Source of the DNA: Chiloscyllium plagiosum
Lineage: Eukaryota
Direction of reading: 5' to 3'
DNA: 64,000 nt
Assembly: GCF_004010195.1 (NCBI RefSeq)
Contig: NC_057749.1
Location: 20,411,782 to 20,475,781 of the forward strand
The notes below the pieces were generated by a model. That model saw nothing but the letters and a program-made list of their open reading frames with translations. It ran no database searches and was not told where the DNA came from. This document shows, one piece after another, positions 1 through 12,780 of the stretch. The translations under genes were made by a program, and so were the position numbers. Position 1 is the stretch's first letter; each line of letters starts with the position of its first letter.

Positions 1-915
1 TTTTCCACGTATGGAGTCAGCTGTTACGAGGGGGCATAGCTTTAAATTAAGGGGTGGTTGGGATAGGGCAGATGTTAGGGGTAGATTCTTTACTCAGTGA
101 GTCGTGAGTTCATGGAATGCCCTGCCAGTAGCAGTGGTGGACTCTCCTTCATTATGGGCATTTAAGCAGGCATTGGATAGGCATATGGAGGATAGTGGGC
201 TAGTGTAGGTTAGGTGGGCTTGGATCGGCGCAACATCGAGGGCCAAAGGGCCTGTACTGCGCTGTATTCTTCTATGTTCTATAACACAAAGCTGGGTAGG
301 AGGAATAACAACAGAAGATGCAGAGGTGCTTCAATGTGGTTTGGACATATTGAGTGAGTTAGCAAACGCATGGCAGATTAAGTATAATGTGGATAAATAT
401 GATATATCCACTTTGGTAGCAAAAACAGAAAGGCAGATTACCTGAATAGTGAGACTAGGAAAAAGGGGCGATGTAATGAGATGTCCTTGTACACCAGTTA
501 CAAAGCCCGCACAATGTATGAAGAGAGACTGGATCAATGAGGACTATATTCACTGGAGTTTAGGAAATTTTAAAGAAATTGATAGAATTCTGACAGGACT
601 AGTCAGGATAAAGGCATGAAGGATATTCCGTGTGACTGAGGAGTCCAGAAGCAGGGGTTACAGTCTAAGGGTCTGGAGTAGGCCATTTAGGAGTGAAATG
701 AGGAGAAATTTCTTCATCTAGAGTGAGGCATCTGTAGAATTCTCTGTCACTGAAAACAGTTGAGTCCGAAACATTTTTTTTTAGGGCTAGAGATCAGAGG
801 ATGTGGGGAGAAAATGGGAACAGGTTACTGAGTTGGATGATCAGCATGATCATATTGAAAACCACAACAGCTCGATGGGCTGAATGGCCTACTCCTACTC
901 TCTACGTTTCCAAGC
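1..915 (+). mobile_element. CR1/HER1 LINE 3' fragments (two ages)
   Basis: RGHSFKL..GRFFTQ..WNALP C-terminus and gggcctgtactgcgctgta(ttctatg)n tail, then a more decayed RT C-terminal fragment. Confidence 0.85.
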
Positions 916-1108
916 TATGCTGAGCCAGCACAACGAAAGGAGTTGAAACCTGGGCTGAACATATATGATCTTGTTGAATGGTGGAGCAGGGTTGAGGGCC
1001 TAAAGGCCTAGTTCTGCCCTTATTATTTGTTTTTGTGTCTCTAGGACATAGTGTTGACACTACTGTTCTAATTACTTAACATGAACACACATCGTGGATT
1101 AATCGTAC

Positions 1109-1482
1109 CTGATGCACTTCAGTGACACGGTGATCTGCTGGGCTGACAGTGTTGCCGTCTCTTCCCCCAGCTCTAGGCCAACAAGCCGCATGGCAGTGCC
1201 CTTACATGGGATCGGAGGGTCACCAGATGGCGAGCCAGTCCTCGAACAATCGTCTTCCTCCTCACTGGTGCTGATCTCACTCCCTGTGCCACTCATTTCG
1301 GGACTTTCCGATTCTGTCACCTTGACCTCCTGCAGCTTCTGGGACAACTCCTCACTGGCATCCTCCTTCCGAGGGCCTGCAGATGTCTCGGTTGTTTGCG
1401 AAGCACCAGGTAAACGTGCCCGTAGCTGCTGGTAGGGAACAATGTGTATCCCAGCTCTCTCTGTGTCTAATTCCCTCTTTAT
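1109..1482 (-). CDS. CCCH zinc-finger gene exon (IKRELDTERAGIHIVPYQQL...acidic/Ser tract...KGTAMRLVGLELGEETATLSAQQITVSLKCI[R]); gene continues beyond the left edge
   Basis: cctttcCAG / GTACGA; 374 nt open, phase 0 in, phase 2 out. Confidence 0.88.
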
Positions 1483-1585
1483 CTGGAAAGGGCAAAGGAA
1501 AATTAAGTTTAATCAGAGTTAGAATGGGAAATAACAAATTGTGCACAGTTAGATTCCACAAGCAGCAAATTAGTCATCTTCAGTG

Positions 1586-1815
1586 ATTGGCCAACACACT
1601 GGGGAGAACTCCCTTGCTCTTCTTTGAAACATTGCCATGGGATCTTTCTCTACGCAGGAAAAACTTAACAAGCAATCTGAAGGACAGCACCTCCATCAGC
1701 ATAGCAACTCCTCAGTCTGACCCCTCATACAGCTTTGATTTGGTGCTCACATCTCAAGAGTGGAACTTGAGCTCATGATGTTTTGGCACAAGAGGCGAGA
1801 ATGGTACTGATGACA
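1586..1815 (-). mobile_element. Deu-domain SINE remnant (SacSINE1/AmnSINE1-like)
   Basis: Reverse complement contains aaagatcccatggca...aagagcaagggagttctcc...ggccaa, recalled as the Deu domain; a related piece at ~56720-57095. Confidence 0.55.
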
Positions 1816-2778
1816 CTGAAATAATATTGTTATGATGGTTGTTATTATTATTATTATTTGGAAACACGGGTTCTAAATTTAACAGAACCATGTTTAGCTT
1901 CAAGCTTAATTTAGATTTCCATATTGTGTATGTTAAGGAGTGACATCATTTTAGTTTCAATTTGGATTTGAACACGGTGAAAGGTTGTCTGAAAAATTGT
2001 TTAAACGATGCTTTTAAACAAAACACCTTGAGGTGAATAGTTCAATGCTTTAGACAAAGAGGGGTAGCGGAGGGAAAGAAATTGGGCTGTCGCCTAGCAA
2101 CAAGGTGTTCATGACACATGGAGACAGAGAATGAACCACATTTCCTTTTAGAAAGCAAGAGAGAAACATAGAGAAGGTCAGGGAACTGGCAGGCTTCTTT
2201 CAGAGAGAGAGAAGCACGTCATTCAGACAGAAAAAACCAGGAAGAGCAGTAGCATAGTTGAGCAATTTCCAAAACAGTTAGGACAGAAGAAAAGAAGTTC
2301 TGACCAGCTTGGAGGTAAAAGCTCCAGAAACAATACACCTTAAGATATCAGAGAGAAAAAGCATTCTGCAAGGCTACTAAATTAAGAAACAAATTAGCTG
2401 TTTTTGCAGTTTATTTAAGGGTCTCGTGAAAGGACATTAACTAAGGAAGCACCAATACCCATGTCCACTGGACAGGATGATCCTTCAATGAGCTTTAATA
2501 TCTTTGAGTTGTTACTTTTAATTTCTGATATTTGTTCATAAGATAACTTCAATTAGTTGTTATATAGTGGAAAACCGTTGCTTTTCCTATTACCTCAGCT
2601 CAGAACATAATAATATTGGTCCTTTGAATTTTTAAAACTTCAGGGGAAACGAACGGGAAAAGTAATCCCACTCAATGCCTACTGAAGTTTCTACTTGATG
2701 GCGCAGAATCTAGTCAAAGCTAGGCACAATATTACAGTGCACAACGTTACTATGATTGAACGGGTAGATTTGTTTTAC

Positions 2779-2923
2779 CTGTCTAGCTCCCTCGGTGAAC
2801 AGCTTCTCCATGTTGCGGTCCAGCCATCGCAAGTATGGACGAAACAGCAGCTCCAACTTCCCCATCAACCGGTTGGTGGCATGCTTTGCCCGTAGCCACT
2901 CCTCTGAGGCCGTACACACATGC
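2779..2923 (-). CDS. CCCH zinc-finger gene exon (HVCTASEEWLRAKHATNRLMGKLELLFRPYLRWLDRNMEKLFTEGARQ)
   Basis: ttCAG / GTAAAA; 145 nt, phase 2 in, phase 0 out; protein-like helical sequence. Confidence 0.9.
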
Positions 2924-4798
2924 CTGAATTAAATAGGAGAGTGATCTTACTGATGTAAAATTACAAGACAGAGCTCAGAAACAGGAAATAACAGAATGAC
3001 AACATATAACTTGAGTTACAAAATAGCCCTCACAGCACTAGAGACCTGGGTTCGATTCCTGCCTCGGGTGAATATCTGTGTGGAGTTTGCACATTCTCCC
3101 AGTGTCTGTGTGGGTTCCCTCTGGGTGCTCGGATTTCCTCCCACAATCCAAAGATGTGCAGGTTAGGGTGGATTGACCATGCTACATTGCCGATAGTGTT
3201 AGGTGCATTAGTCAGGGGTACAAATAGGATAGGGGAATGGGCCTGGATGGGTCACTCTTCAGAAGGTTGCTGTGGACTTGTTGGGCCGAAGGGCCTGTTC
3301 CCATACTGTAATGAATCTAATCTAAAAAAAAATCAGATTTAAACTCTATTCTCTTCACTCTTCTGGGAAGGCACAGGTGAGTGAGGGAGAAGTGACAGAT
3401 TTACTTCACTGTTCATCCTAATCAGTACTTTTCTGTCTCCACATTATCCTCCTGATTTGGGAGAGAGATGTTGCAACTCAATAAAACACCAGGGACACAT
3501 CAAACTGGGATAGGCTTCCAGAATGATTTTTACAGATCTCCAGGAGCTCCAGCCAGATGTTAAAGTACAAATCAAGGCACAGTTCTTTTCCTTGACTGTA
3601 GCTTTATTGACAGGACCCGGCCTTATAGACTCTCTGTCTACTACTGCAGTGTTCCAGCAATCTCTTGGGGTTCCCAATCCATAATCAAGCAATTTTTTAA
3701 AATGTCATTTAGGAAGCGTAGATCTTCAGAGTCAAGAGATTGCCTTGTCATTTGCTAAATTTAAGGAGACCTATCTGCTACTTTGTGCATGGAGGGGACA
3801 GTTCTTTGGTAATGTGCAGCACTGTGTGTTAAATCAAATGAATTCTACCTCAGAGCAGACTACTGCAGATGCTGGAACTGTGAGGAAAGAACAAAACCTT
3901 ACAACTGACAGAAAAACTCAGCAAATCAAGCAGCATTTGTGGAGAGAAACTGAGGTAATGTTTCAGACTGGTGACATTTTATCACATTGTCCATTGCCTG
4001 TGTACTTTTAACAACTTTACCAATGCACCATTACACAGCCCTCTAATTATTGATTAACGAGAGCTAGGCACAGGAGGCAGTCATCTCCAAATGTCTTCAG
4101 AGTTACACTAGAACCTAACAACACTGGGATGCTTTTCACCCTACCATCAGTACTAACAGCTAATAATTTTACTGAAGGAGAAAATGACAATTCACACCTA
4201 ACTGAAGGAGAGTATACCAACAAGAGTTACATCCTTACAATCCCTCTTACATTGAAGATTGAACAGGAACACTTCTCCACTGCTACATGCTTAAACCATG
4301 AAACTACAGGCCTGCAAAGTAACATTGAATTTGATAACTAAGATGCCCAATTGCTCTTCTCAGTAACTATGGGATATGAGCTGATGCCCATACCCTGACT
4401 TCTTTGTTATTCTGAGAGAGAAACCAAATGGAATCCTGGACAAAGGGAGAGGCAATCAGGGTCCCTGAGCCATAGACACAGATGGAATAGCACTGTGCGA
4501 GAGTAGGTTGTAGGCGCAGAGGACAAAGAAAGGGAGAAAAATCTCCCAGATGCAAAGGTTCATATTCAACACAATACACTGCACAGAATTCAGTGCTGCC
4601 AAATCTTCTGCTGTTACATAATTAAAAATATTGCTTTCATTCCTATATGTCGATTCCCAGCCCAAGTTTTGAATCAATCATATAGGTTCAATTTCAACTG
4701 GTCTTTGGAGACAGTGGAAATTTAAACACAGTGAACATCCAGTCAACATCATTATGCCAGGTGGGAGAGTTCATCTTTTCCTCGATTTCCTTTCTTAC

Positions 4799-4851
4799 CT
4801 TCCCATAGACACTGGTAGCTCCTGATCCTCAGGGATTTCCACAGTGAACAC
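4799..4851 (-). CDS. CCCH zinc-finger gene exon (VFTVEIPEDQELPVSMG[R])
   Basis: ttctAAG / GTAAGA; 53 nt, phase 0 in, phase 2 out, compatible with the next exon. Confidence 0.87.
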
Positions 4852-6040
4852 CTTAGAATTAGAGAAAAACACAAAGGTTCACGTATCCAAGTGCGACAGA
4901 TGGGAAAACTAACATTTATTAGGGATACTACTTCCCATTCTCGCAGTATGAAATATCAGTGGAGAAACACTTCAGTATCTGGGATTTTCCAGAACCACGT
5001 ACTATGCATACAGGTTAGAAGTCAAAACTCAACACTTGTTGACATCAAGCAATTTCTCACAATGCATCATAACAGCCTTTAACTTATGGTGTTCCCCTTC
5101 CATTTCCTGTATCAGATGCACTCTGATCCAGACTGGTGAGTTGGTGTCAGTTATTGACAAGGATATTGTTACAAACATAGGAATGGGGGACTGGGAATAG
5201 ATCTTCAGGCCATCTGTCTTTCCACTCATTTGTCTGTTGCCTAGGCAAGGGGAAAAGTTGTTCAATTTAGGCCAGAGCTTCTAAAAGTGAGAATGAGGAC
5301 TCCCAGTGAGGTCACAAGCTCCAACTGGCAATTGTCACAGGCCGCGCACACACACACAGGCACGCGCACAGACACAACACCCCACCTGTCCAAAACATAA
5401 GATTAGTCAAAGAAAACACTTTAAGGTGCGCCTCAAAGGACTGGAGAGAGAAGTGGAGAGTCAGACAGGTTCGAGGGGGTGGAATTCAGAGCTCGGAAGC
5501 TAGTAATTGATAGAATAGCCATCAATAATGGAGTGATGAAAACTGGGGAAACAAACATACGAATTAGGGGGAAACAGGCCATATGGTCCTTCAAGCCTGC
5601 TTTGCCATTCACTGAGATCACAGTTGACCTGATGTGCAACAGATTGGAACTGGAGAAGTTCAGAGTGCTGTGGAGATGGGAGAAATGCACAGAGTTAGTG
5701 AGAAGGGAGGCCATAAATTGTTTTGAAAAGTGAGATGTTACCACTGCTGAAATTTTAACGCATGTGTGTTTTTAGTTGCCAATTGTGAATTCTAACTTGA
5801 CGACCTCTTTTTGCCCATTTGCACAGTCAACATGGAGCACATTGACAGCACGGGAAGAGAATTAAGACACCAGCAGTAACCAGAGGAATGCAGCTGTCTA
5901 ATTGCTGTTACAACCTTATTTTAAAACCTCTTCGGTCAGATTGGTTTTCTCTTACTCAGCCTAAACACATGCAATACTTGTGCAAACAAACTGACATCGA
6001 ACAAAGAAACAATTGTGCAGGGAGGATTATTACCTCTTAC

Positions 6041-6100
6041 CTCCAAAGGGTATTCATCTGGGAAGCAGATCTGAATATCCATCTCCTTCAAATCAAACGG
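6041..6100 (-). CDS. CCCH zinc-finger gene exon (PFDLKEMDIQICFPDEYPLE)
   Basis: tgttgCAG / GTAAGA; 60 nt, phase 0/0; joins to give TDPEW-PFDL and an FPxxYP motif. Confidence 0.9.
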
Positions 6101-7364
6101 CTGCAACAGATAAAGACAAACAAGAACCAGGTTTTACAATGTCAGGTAAGTAACAAAATCAACAGATGACAGCATTTCAGAGAAGGTGGGGGCATCTGGG
6201 TGATGATGGGGAAATTCTAGATTTAGTAAGGCGTCAGACTATTAGGAGCTTCTTAAAGCTGAAGTGGTTTTAGAAGAGTGTTACAGAGGGTGAGGATTTC
6301 AAAGTGGAGGTCCTGAGTAGCAATGATGCGGTCGAGAGAGTAAGGTGACTCAGGAGAGTGGGCAAGTGTGAATTGAAGATGGATGTTTGGAGAAAAAGTC
6401 CTTGAAGAGAAGGCTGCAGCTGCAAAGTGAAATAAGAACAAGGAGCGAGCGGTTGGGACAAGAACAAAATAGGTGGGGCAGGGTTATGGTAGAGAGGAAG
6501 TGGAACTGAAAGATGACCAAATGTGGGTTTTTTTTTTAAAGAAGTGGGAGACAGTGTAGGGGAAGGGGAATCTTGGACTGTGGAGATTATGAGAAGTAAG
6601 GGCCTGATCAAAGAGAATACTGGAACTCAACGTTCAGCAGCAGACAGGGCGAGTAAGAGGTGAGGCAACATTTGAAGAGTAGGATGAGGTCACTGATAAG
6701 GAACGAGAGCTCAATGAAGGGCCCAGGTTTTACACAAGCAACCTCCAGGCCAGGCAAGGAGCCACAGACCTCACCGAAATCAGCATGAAGTTCTAGCAGC
6801 TGGCAGAAAGTTACTAACACCATCACTGTTCTATACTGTTGGTGCATTAGCGTCATCAAGAGTTGGCACCTCAATATTAAAAGGGAGGGTACACAAAGTG
6901 CTGGAGACACTTTAGACAGGGCCATGAATATACAGACAGTGAACTGAAACTTAAACACAGAGCTGGAACATTTAGGAGCTACCATCCAAGACTGTAAAAA
7001 GCGTGAAGGAGATCCATGTTCAAAACCAAGCCCAGAAACTTCAGGCTAATCAGTTTAACCTTGGAGAGGGGAAGATGGTAGAAATCAGGATTCTGAACTA
7101 AACTAATAGTCTCAATGAACAAATGCAGCTTAGTTAAAAATAGCCAGCTTGGATTGATAAGACAAAATCGTGTTTGACATTTTTGATGAGGTAAAAGAGG
7201 GCTGATGAAGGTTACGATATCACTGTGACATACCTGGTACTTCCAGAAGGTACTTGAAGTGCCATATGATAGACTTGTGAGGCAAAACTTTAAAGTTTGT
7301 GAGAAGATTTGTAGCTCGGGTGCTCGTTGTTGTGGTTCTGTTCGCCGAGCTGGGAATTTGTGTT

Positions 7365-7404
7365 GCAGACGTTTCGTCCCCAGTCTAGGTGACATCCTCA
7401 GTGC
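7365..7404 (-). ncRNA. Minimal type I hammerhead ribozyme motif (family B), sense to the zinc-finger pre-mRNA
   Basis: Reverse complement reads GCA-CUGAGGA-U-GUCACC(UAGACU)GGGGAC-GAAA-CG-UC-UGC. Confidence 0.75.
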
Positions 7405-7669
7405 TTGGGAGCCTCCTGTGAAANNNNNNNCCAGGTTGATGTGCTTGTTGATTGAATCAGTGGATGAGTGCCATGCCTCTAGGAATTCCCTGGCTTGTCC
7501 TATAATAGTAGTGTTCAATCAACTGATTCAATCAATAAGCACATCGACCTGGACCCAATATACCAACCACTGCAGCGGACAGGTGGAACTGACAACCGGA
7601 AGCGGCAGATTCAAACCACTACAAATGCCGGAAGAAAGATCACAGAAGCGCTTCACAGGAGGCTCCCAA

Positions 7670-7709
7670 GCACTGAGGATGTCACCTAGACAGGGGACGA
7701 AACGTCTGC
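7670..7709 (+). ncRNA. Minimal type I hammerhead ribozyme motif (family B)
   Basis: GCA-CUGAGGA-U-GUCACC(UAGACA)GGGGAC-GAAA-CG-UC-UGC: stem I GCA/UGC, intact catalytic core, palindromic ACGU in place of stem III. Confidence 0.75.
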
Positions 7710-8614
7710 AACACAAATTCCCAGCTCGGCGAACAGAACTACAGCAAAACTTTAACTTATGGAATAAAAGGGACCTTGGAATGCTGGATATGAAATGGGT
7801 TAAGTGACAGGAAACAGAGTACAGATGAATGTTTTGTGTTGGATGCAGGAATGTTTGTAGTGCAGTACTCCTGGGTCAGTTTTAGCACCCGTTGTTCCTG
7901 GTATATTATGTAAATGTGGTTGTAGGTTACTTCTCCGGGTTAGTGGGTGGCCATGAAAATGTTTCCTTACCCTGTGACCTCCATGAAGTGTTGTTCTACT
8001 TTGCTTGATATTTATATGCCCCGGTCTGTTAAGGTGGGTGGTTTCACTTCCAGTTTCCCTTTGCAGTGGCTTGTATATGGGACCCATATCAACATGCTTA
8101 TCGATGGCATTGCGGGTTGAAAACCAGGTTTCTAAGAATTTCCTTGCACATCTCTGTTCAGCTTGTCCTAGGATGATTATGTTGTCCCAGATTGCTGATT
8201 CTCTGTCTGCGTGTACTGAGATGAAGGAGAAGTGGTCGTGCTGTTTTGCTGGTGTCTGTGTATCCGGATTGCTAATTTTCATCCAGTCTGGCCGATGTAG
8301 TGTTTGTAGACAGGCAGGAGGCTGGAAGAGTCAAGAGTGTGGTGCTGGAGGACCACAGCAAGCCAGGCTGTATCAGAGGGTGCAGAAATCGATGTTTTGG
8401 GTATAACCCTTCTTCAGGGCCACTGTAACCTGAACAAGGGTTACTCCCGAAATGTCGGCTTCTGCGCCTCCTAATGCTCCTGCATGCGTTCTTCCAGCCT
8501 CTAGACTGCAGTCATTGCATGGAATTTTGTTCCTAATGTTGGTCCAGCATGTTATAGGTATGGGGTCTTTCATTCTTGTGAGTAGTTGGCATAGTGTGGC
8601 TGTGGATTAGTGTG

Positions 8615-8831
8615 GAGAAAGTGAGGTCTGCAGATGCTGGAGATCAAAGTTGAAACTTTATTGCTGGAACAGCACAGCAGGTCAGGCAGCATCCAGGGAA
8701 GAGGAGATTCGACGTTTCGGGCACAGGCCCTTCTGAAGATTCCTGAAGAAGGGCCTGTGCCCGAAACGTCGAATCTCCTGTTCCCTGGATGCTGCCTGAC
8801 CTGCTGTGCTGTTCCAGCAATAAAGTTTCAA
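8615..8831. mobile_element. Short palindromic Penelope-derived insertion with hammerhead core
   Basis: Near-perfect ~85-bp arms; perfect 15-bp TSD ctgtggattagtgtg (8600-8614, 8832-8846). Confidence 0.9.
8738..8775 (+). ncRNA. Minimal type I hammerhead ribozyme motif (family A)
   Basis: GAUUC-CUGAAGA-A-GGGC(CUGU)GCCC-GAAA-CG-UC-GAAUC: perfect 5-bp stem I, 4-bp stem II, predicted cleavage after C8770. Confidence 0.8.
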
Positions 8832-11800
8832 CTGTGGATTAGTGTGCTGTCATGATTCCTAGTGGTCATGACTGGTTGATATTTCTGAAATGTTCTTGAT
8901 AAAGGGTAGGATGACCAGTGTACTGGGGCCCTTTTGGTGTTGTCTATCCAATAGGCATCGGGGGGATGAAGCTGGTGGGTGATCCACTGTTTGTGAAGGC
9001 CTTGTATAGGTGTTCTGCCTCACTCCTGCATAGTTCTGGTGTGTTGAAGTGTGTAGTAGCTCATTTAAACACATTGGGGTGGTTGCCGTTGTAGTTGAGG
9101 ATGGTCTTCCTTTATACTTTGGTTATAATTCTCCATTGATGCTTCATTCTATCATGACATTACATCAGCCAGACTGGCAATCCGGATACATGGACACCAA
9201 CTAGCAGCGATCTTCGGTCATCTCAGTACACACAGTCAAAAAGGACCAGCAACTTGACTGGGACAACGTAATCATCCTAAGACAAGCTGAACAGAGACAA
9301 TCAGGGAAATTCTTAGAAGCCTGCTTTTCAACCCGCATGTTGAGATGGATCCCATATACAAACCACTGCAAAGGGAAGCTGGAAGTGATACCTTAACCTT
9401 AAATATCAAGCAGAGTGGAACAATACTTCACGGAGGTCACACTGGTGATGTTACCCAGCATAGTGAGAAACCATTTTCATGACAGCTCACCAGCTGAGGG
9501 AGGTAACCTACAACCACATCTACAACCTGAGCTACAAACCTTTGCGAGAACCTATGTATGTATATCAAAAACCCAAGAAACAATCTCAAAATTCGCAGAG
9601 GATTCAAAACTTAAAATATTGCGAACCATGCAAATGATAATGTGGAAAATCAAAGGATACAAGACAGCTGGAGGAAGGGGCAGACAAGCATGGAATGTAA
9701 TTTAATGCCAACAAGTGTGAACGATTCATTTTGGTGAGAAAAATACAAGGAGACAGTACAAAATACAGGGTACAATTCTATAAGGATTGAAGGAACAGAT
9801 TCATAAGATTCATTCCAGGAATGTAGGACCCCACTTATGTACAGAAGCTCCTTTGTGAAAAGGATAGAGGAGATTTGATAGAAAGGTTCAAAGTCATGAG
9901 AGGTCTGTACAGAGTAGACAGGTAGAAACATTTACCATTGGTAGAAGAATTGAGAGCCAGCAAGCACAGGTTTATGGAAAGTATCAAAAGTAACAAGTGT
10001 TTAGAGTCTGGAATGTACTGATTGAGAGCATATTGAAGGAAGAGTCAATCGAAACTTTCAAAAAGGGAACCGAGTCATTATCTGAAAAAGCGAAAATATG
10101 CAGGGTGACAGGGATGATATCTGGAACTAAAATGAGGTGGACTAATTTTGCAGAGAGCCAGCACAGTCACAATGAGCAAATGGTCCCATTCTGCATCATA
10201 TCTAATCATTTTCTGAGACACAAGGGCTCCAATTGTATGGCCTGATGGCAGACTGGAAGCCAGATTAGAGGGAGTGGTGAAAGGGACTTGGTGGCAACAT
10301 GATACACCGGAGTCCTCTGCAGTAAAGTGTCAAGTTACAATCTGGGGAATAGTTGGCCATCTGTGCTGAATTATTTGATCGGAATTGGGACAAAGGTAGA
10401 GCCACTGCAAGCAATACTGTTCCCTTGGTGGTGGCAGCAGCGATGGCAGTGGTGAGTAGGGGTAAACCAGGAAAGATCAAGGGAGAGGAACACTGAACAT
10501 CAGCCATGATCATTCCACAGACTGCCAATACCTAATGCTGAAGGTCCCACTGGGAAAGAGGGAGGGCAGTGATGTAATCTTATAATCCATAGTCTATTGG
10601 GTTCAAAGGCCACCAGGATCACGAGTGGATTTTAAATTTAATGAATAAAATCTGCAACTGAAAGCTCGTCTCCGTGATGGCGAAACACATTATCAATTGT
10701 GCCTAAGCTCATTTGATTCAGGAATATCCTTTAACATAGGAATCCTGCTGTCATTATAGAAAGAGATAAAATTATGAAGGAAATAGATAAGATTGAAGCA
10801 GGGAGGTTGTTTCCACTGGCAGGTGAAACCAAAACTAGGGGACATAGCCTCAAAATAAGGGGGAGCTGCTCGAAGAAGAGCATCTTCACCCAAAGGGTTG
10901 TGAATCTGTGGAATTCCCTGCCTGGTTGAGGCTACTTCATTGAATGGCTTTAAGACAAAGACAGATTGTTTTTGAACGGTAAAGGAATTAAGGGTTAAGT
11001 GGATGGATAAGTGAAGTGAGTCCACAAAAAAATTATCAGCTCTGACAGCCAGATGGCCTACTCCTGCCCCTATTTCATACGTTCTTACCTGGTCTGAGAG
11101 ACACAAGACTCTTAGCAATGGAGCTGACTTTAAATTGCCCTCTGTTGGCCAAACAGGCCACTCAATTAAAGGGTGACTGGAGACGGGCACCAAGTGCTGG
11201 CAATGCCAATTATGTCCTCATCCAACGAAAGAAGATAGATGGAACTGTGCCCAAACACGGGACAGGCTCTTAAACATGAGGATGGGAAACCAGAATGGGT
11301 GACGAGTTGACTTTGCGTTTTGCTGCAGTGTCAGAATCTTGGGCAGCACTGCAGCAATCCATAAGATTGACTCTATCAATGTGGGGCTGATCAGGTTCTA
11401 TTTCCCTCTCTTTGCTTCATCTCACCTGTCACTTTAACCTAACAAGAAACAATGCCTCAACATCCCAAACACCGAAGTTATAATTATTCCCCTGTATCCA
11501 TTACAATTTGGAAGACAGAATTCAAAATTCTGATACTCTGGTATGGAAATCTGCTTCATGATTTCACCCCCAAAATTTTAAATTGCAGCTCTTTGCACTC
11601 GATTCCTCTGCCTGAGGAAATTCCTTCCTCTCTACTGATATTATGAATCATTTGATCATCATGTAACCCTAGTATCCTTCTGATAAATCTTTACAATATC
11701 CCATTAGTCCTCCTGATAGGTAGTAACCAGAACTGAAGACAGTCGAAGCTTTATCAGAACCTTGTAACAGCTGAAACATCACTGTGTCTATCCTTTGAAT

Positions 11801-11961
11801 TCCTGACTTGGTTTTAGAAACCTGCTCTCAGTGACAAGGTTGTAATGCTGATGGAAACATGGTTAGGGATATGCAAACAGAGAAGGGACGAGGAACAAAT
11901 GGAAGAGTTCTGTGAAAATGCCAACACCCAAACTGGATGGGCAGAATGGCCATTTTCTGAG

Positions 11962-12174
11962 TCAAAAAGTGTAGCGCTGGAAAAGCATAGCAGGTGAGGC
12001 AGCATCCGAGGAGCAGGAGAATCGATGTTTCAGGCATAAGTCCTTCATCAGGAATGTGGCTTATGCCCGAAATGTCGACTCTCCTGCTCCTCGGATGCTG
12101 CCTGACCGGCTGTGCTTTTCCAGCACCACACATTTTGACTCTGATCTCCAACATCTGCAGTCCTCACTTTCTCC
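11962..12174. mobile_element. Short palindromic Penelope-derived insertion (hammerhead degenerate)
   Basis: Inverted arms; TSD tggcca(t/a)tttctgag at 11947-11961 and 12175-12189. Confidence 0.85.
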
Positions 12175-12456
12175 TGGCCAATTTCTGAGCTGTATGTTAC
12201 AAACTGAAGTGGATGAATAAGGTGGATGAATAACAGGGGATGTACAAGAAACAGAAAAATTGCTGATAGGGTGAAACGAAGTATGAGAAAGCTCATGAAG
12301 CAAAGGAACTCCAGCAAGGAGCAAAAATCACTGGGGATATTCAGCAGGTCTGGCAGCATCAGTGGAGAGTGAAGCAAAGTTAATGTTTCAAGTTCAGTAG
12401 CCGTTCTTCAGAACTGGCCTCAATGTTAACCCTCTCTCTCTCTCTCTCCACAGATG

Positions 12457-12780
12457 ATTAGATCAGATTAGATTCCCTACAGTATGGAAACAGGCCATTT
12501 GGCCCAACAAGTCCACACCTATCCACCTAAAAGTAACTCACCCAGATCGATTCCCCTACCCTATATTTACGCACCTAACACTATGAGCAATTTAGTATGG
12601 CCAATTCACCGGACCTGCACATCTTTGGACTGTGGGAGGAAACTGGATACCTGGAGTAAACCCATGCAGACACAGGGAGAATGCCTGTATGGAGTTTACA
12701 CTATCGGTTGAGGTTGGAATCGAACTCAGGTCTCTGGTGCTGTGAGGCATAAGTGCTAACCACTGAGCCAGCATGCTGCC
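12457..12780 (-). mobile_element. HE1-type V-SINE inserted into an older pLTR-like palindromic element (~12322-12845)
   Basis: Reverse complement of the HE1 sequence, flanked by duplicated cagatg. Further HE1 copies: ~3030-3325(+), 29048-29355(+), 30075-30420(-), 31320-31600(+), 40432-40706(-), 41004-41200(+), 42440-42615(-), 47108-47460(+). Confidence 0.85.

Larger units (their letters stand above)
7294..7743. mobile_element. Penelope-like element 3' end arranged as an inverted repeat, with hammerhead cores in both arms
   Basis: GIY-YIG C-terminus AREFLEAWHS..SINKHIDLDPIY; arms ~7325-7422 and ~7651-7743 are reverse complements; 12-bp TSD gcaaaactttaa (7282-7293, 7744-7755); small N gap inside. 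Confidence 0.85.
7915..9545. mobile_element. Older Penelope-like element (minus-strand RT C-terminus and GIY-YIG plus inverted 3' copy), interrupted by two palindromic elements
   Basis: Peptides LVILPFIKNISE, KDPIP..NIRNKIPCNDC, WDNIIILGQAEQRCARKFLETWFS; 7915-8300 is the reverse complement of ~9165-9545. Confidence 0.75.

Noticed and set aside
1827..2600. Purine-rich LTR-like stretch (similar character at ~45590-46470 and ~28640-28850)
   Set aside because: No paired LTR, PBS or TSD could be identified by eye; left unassigned.
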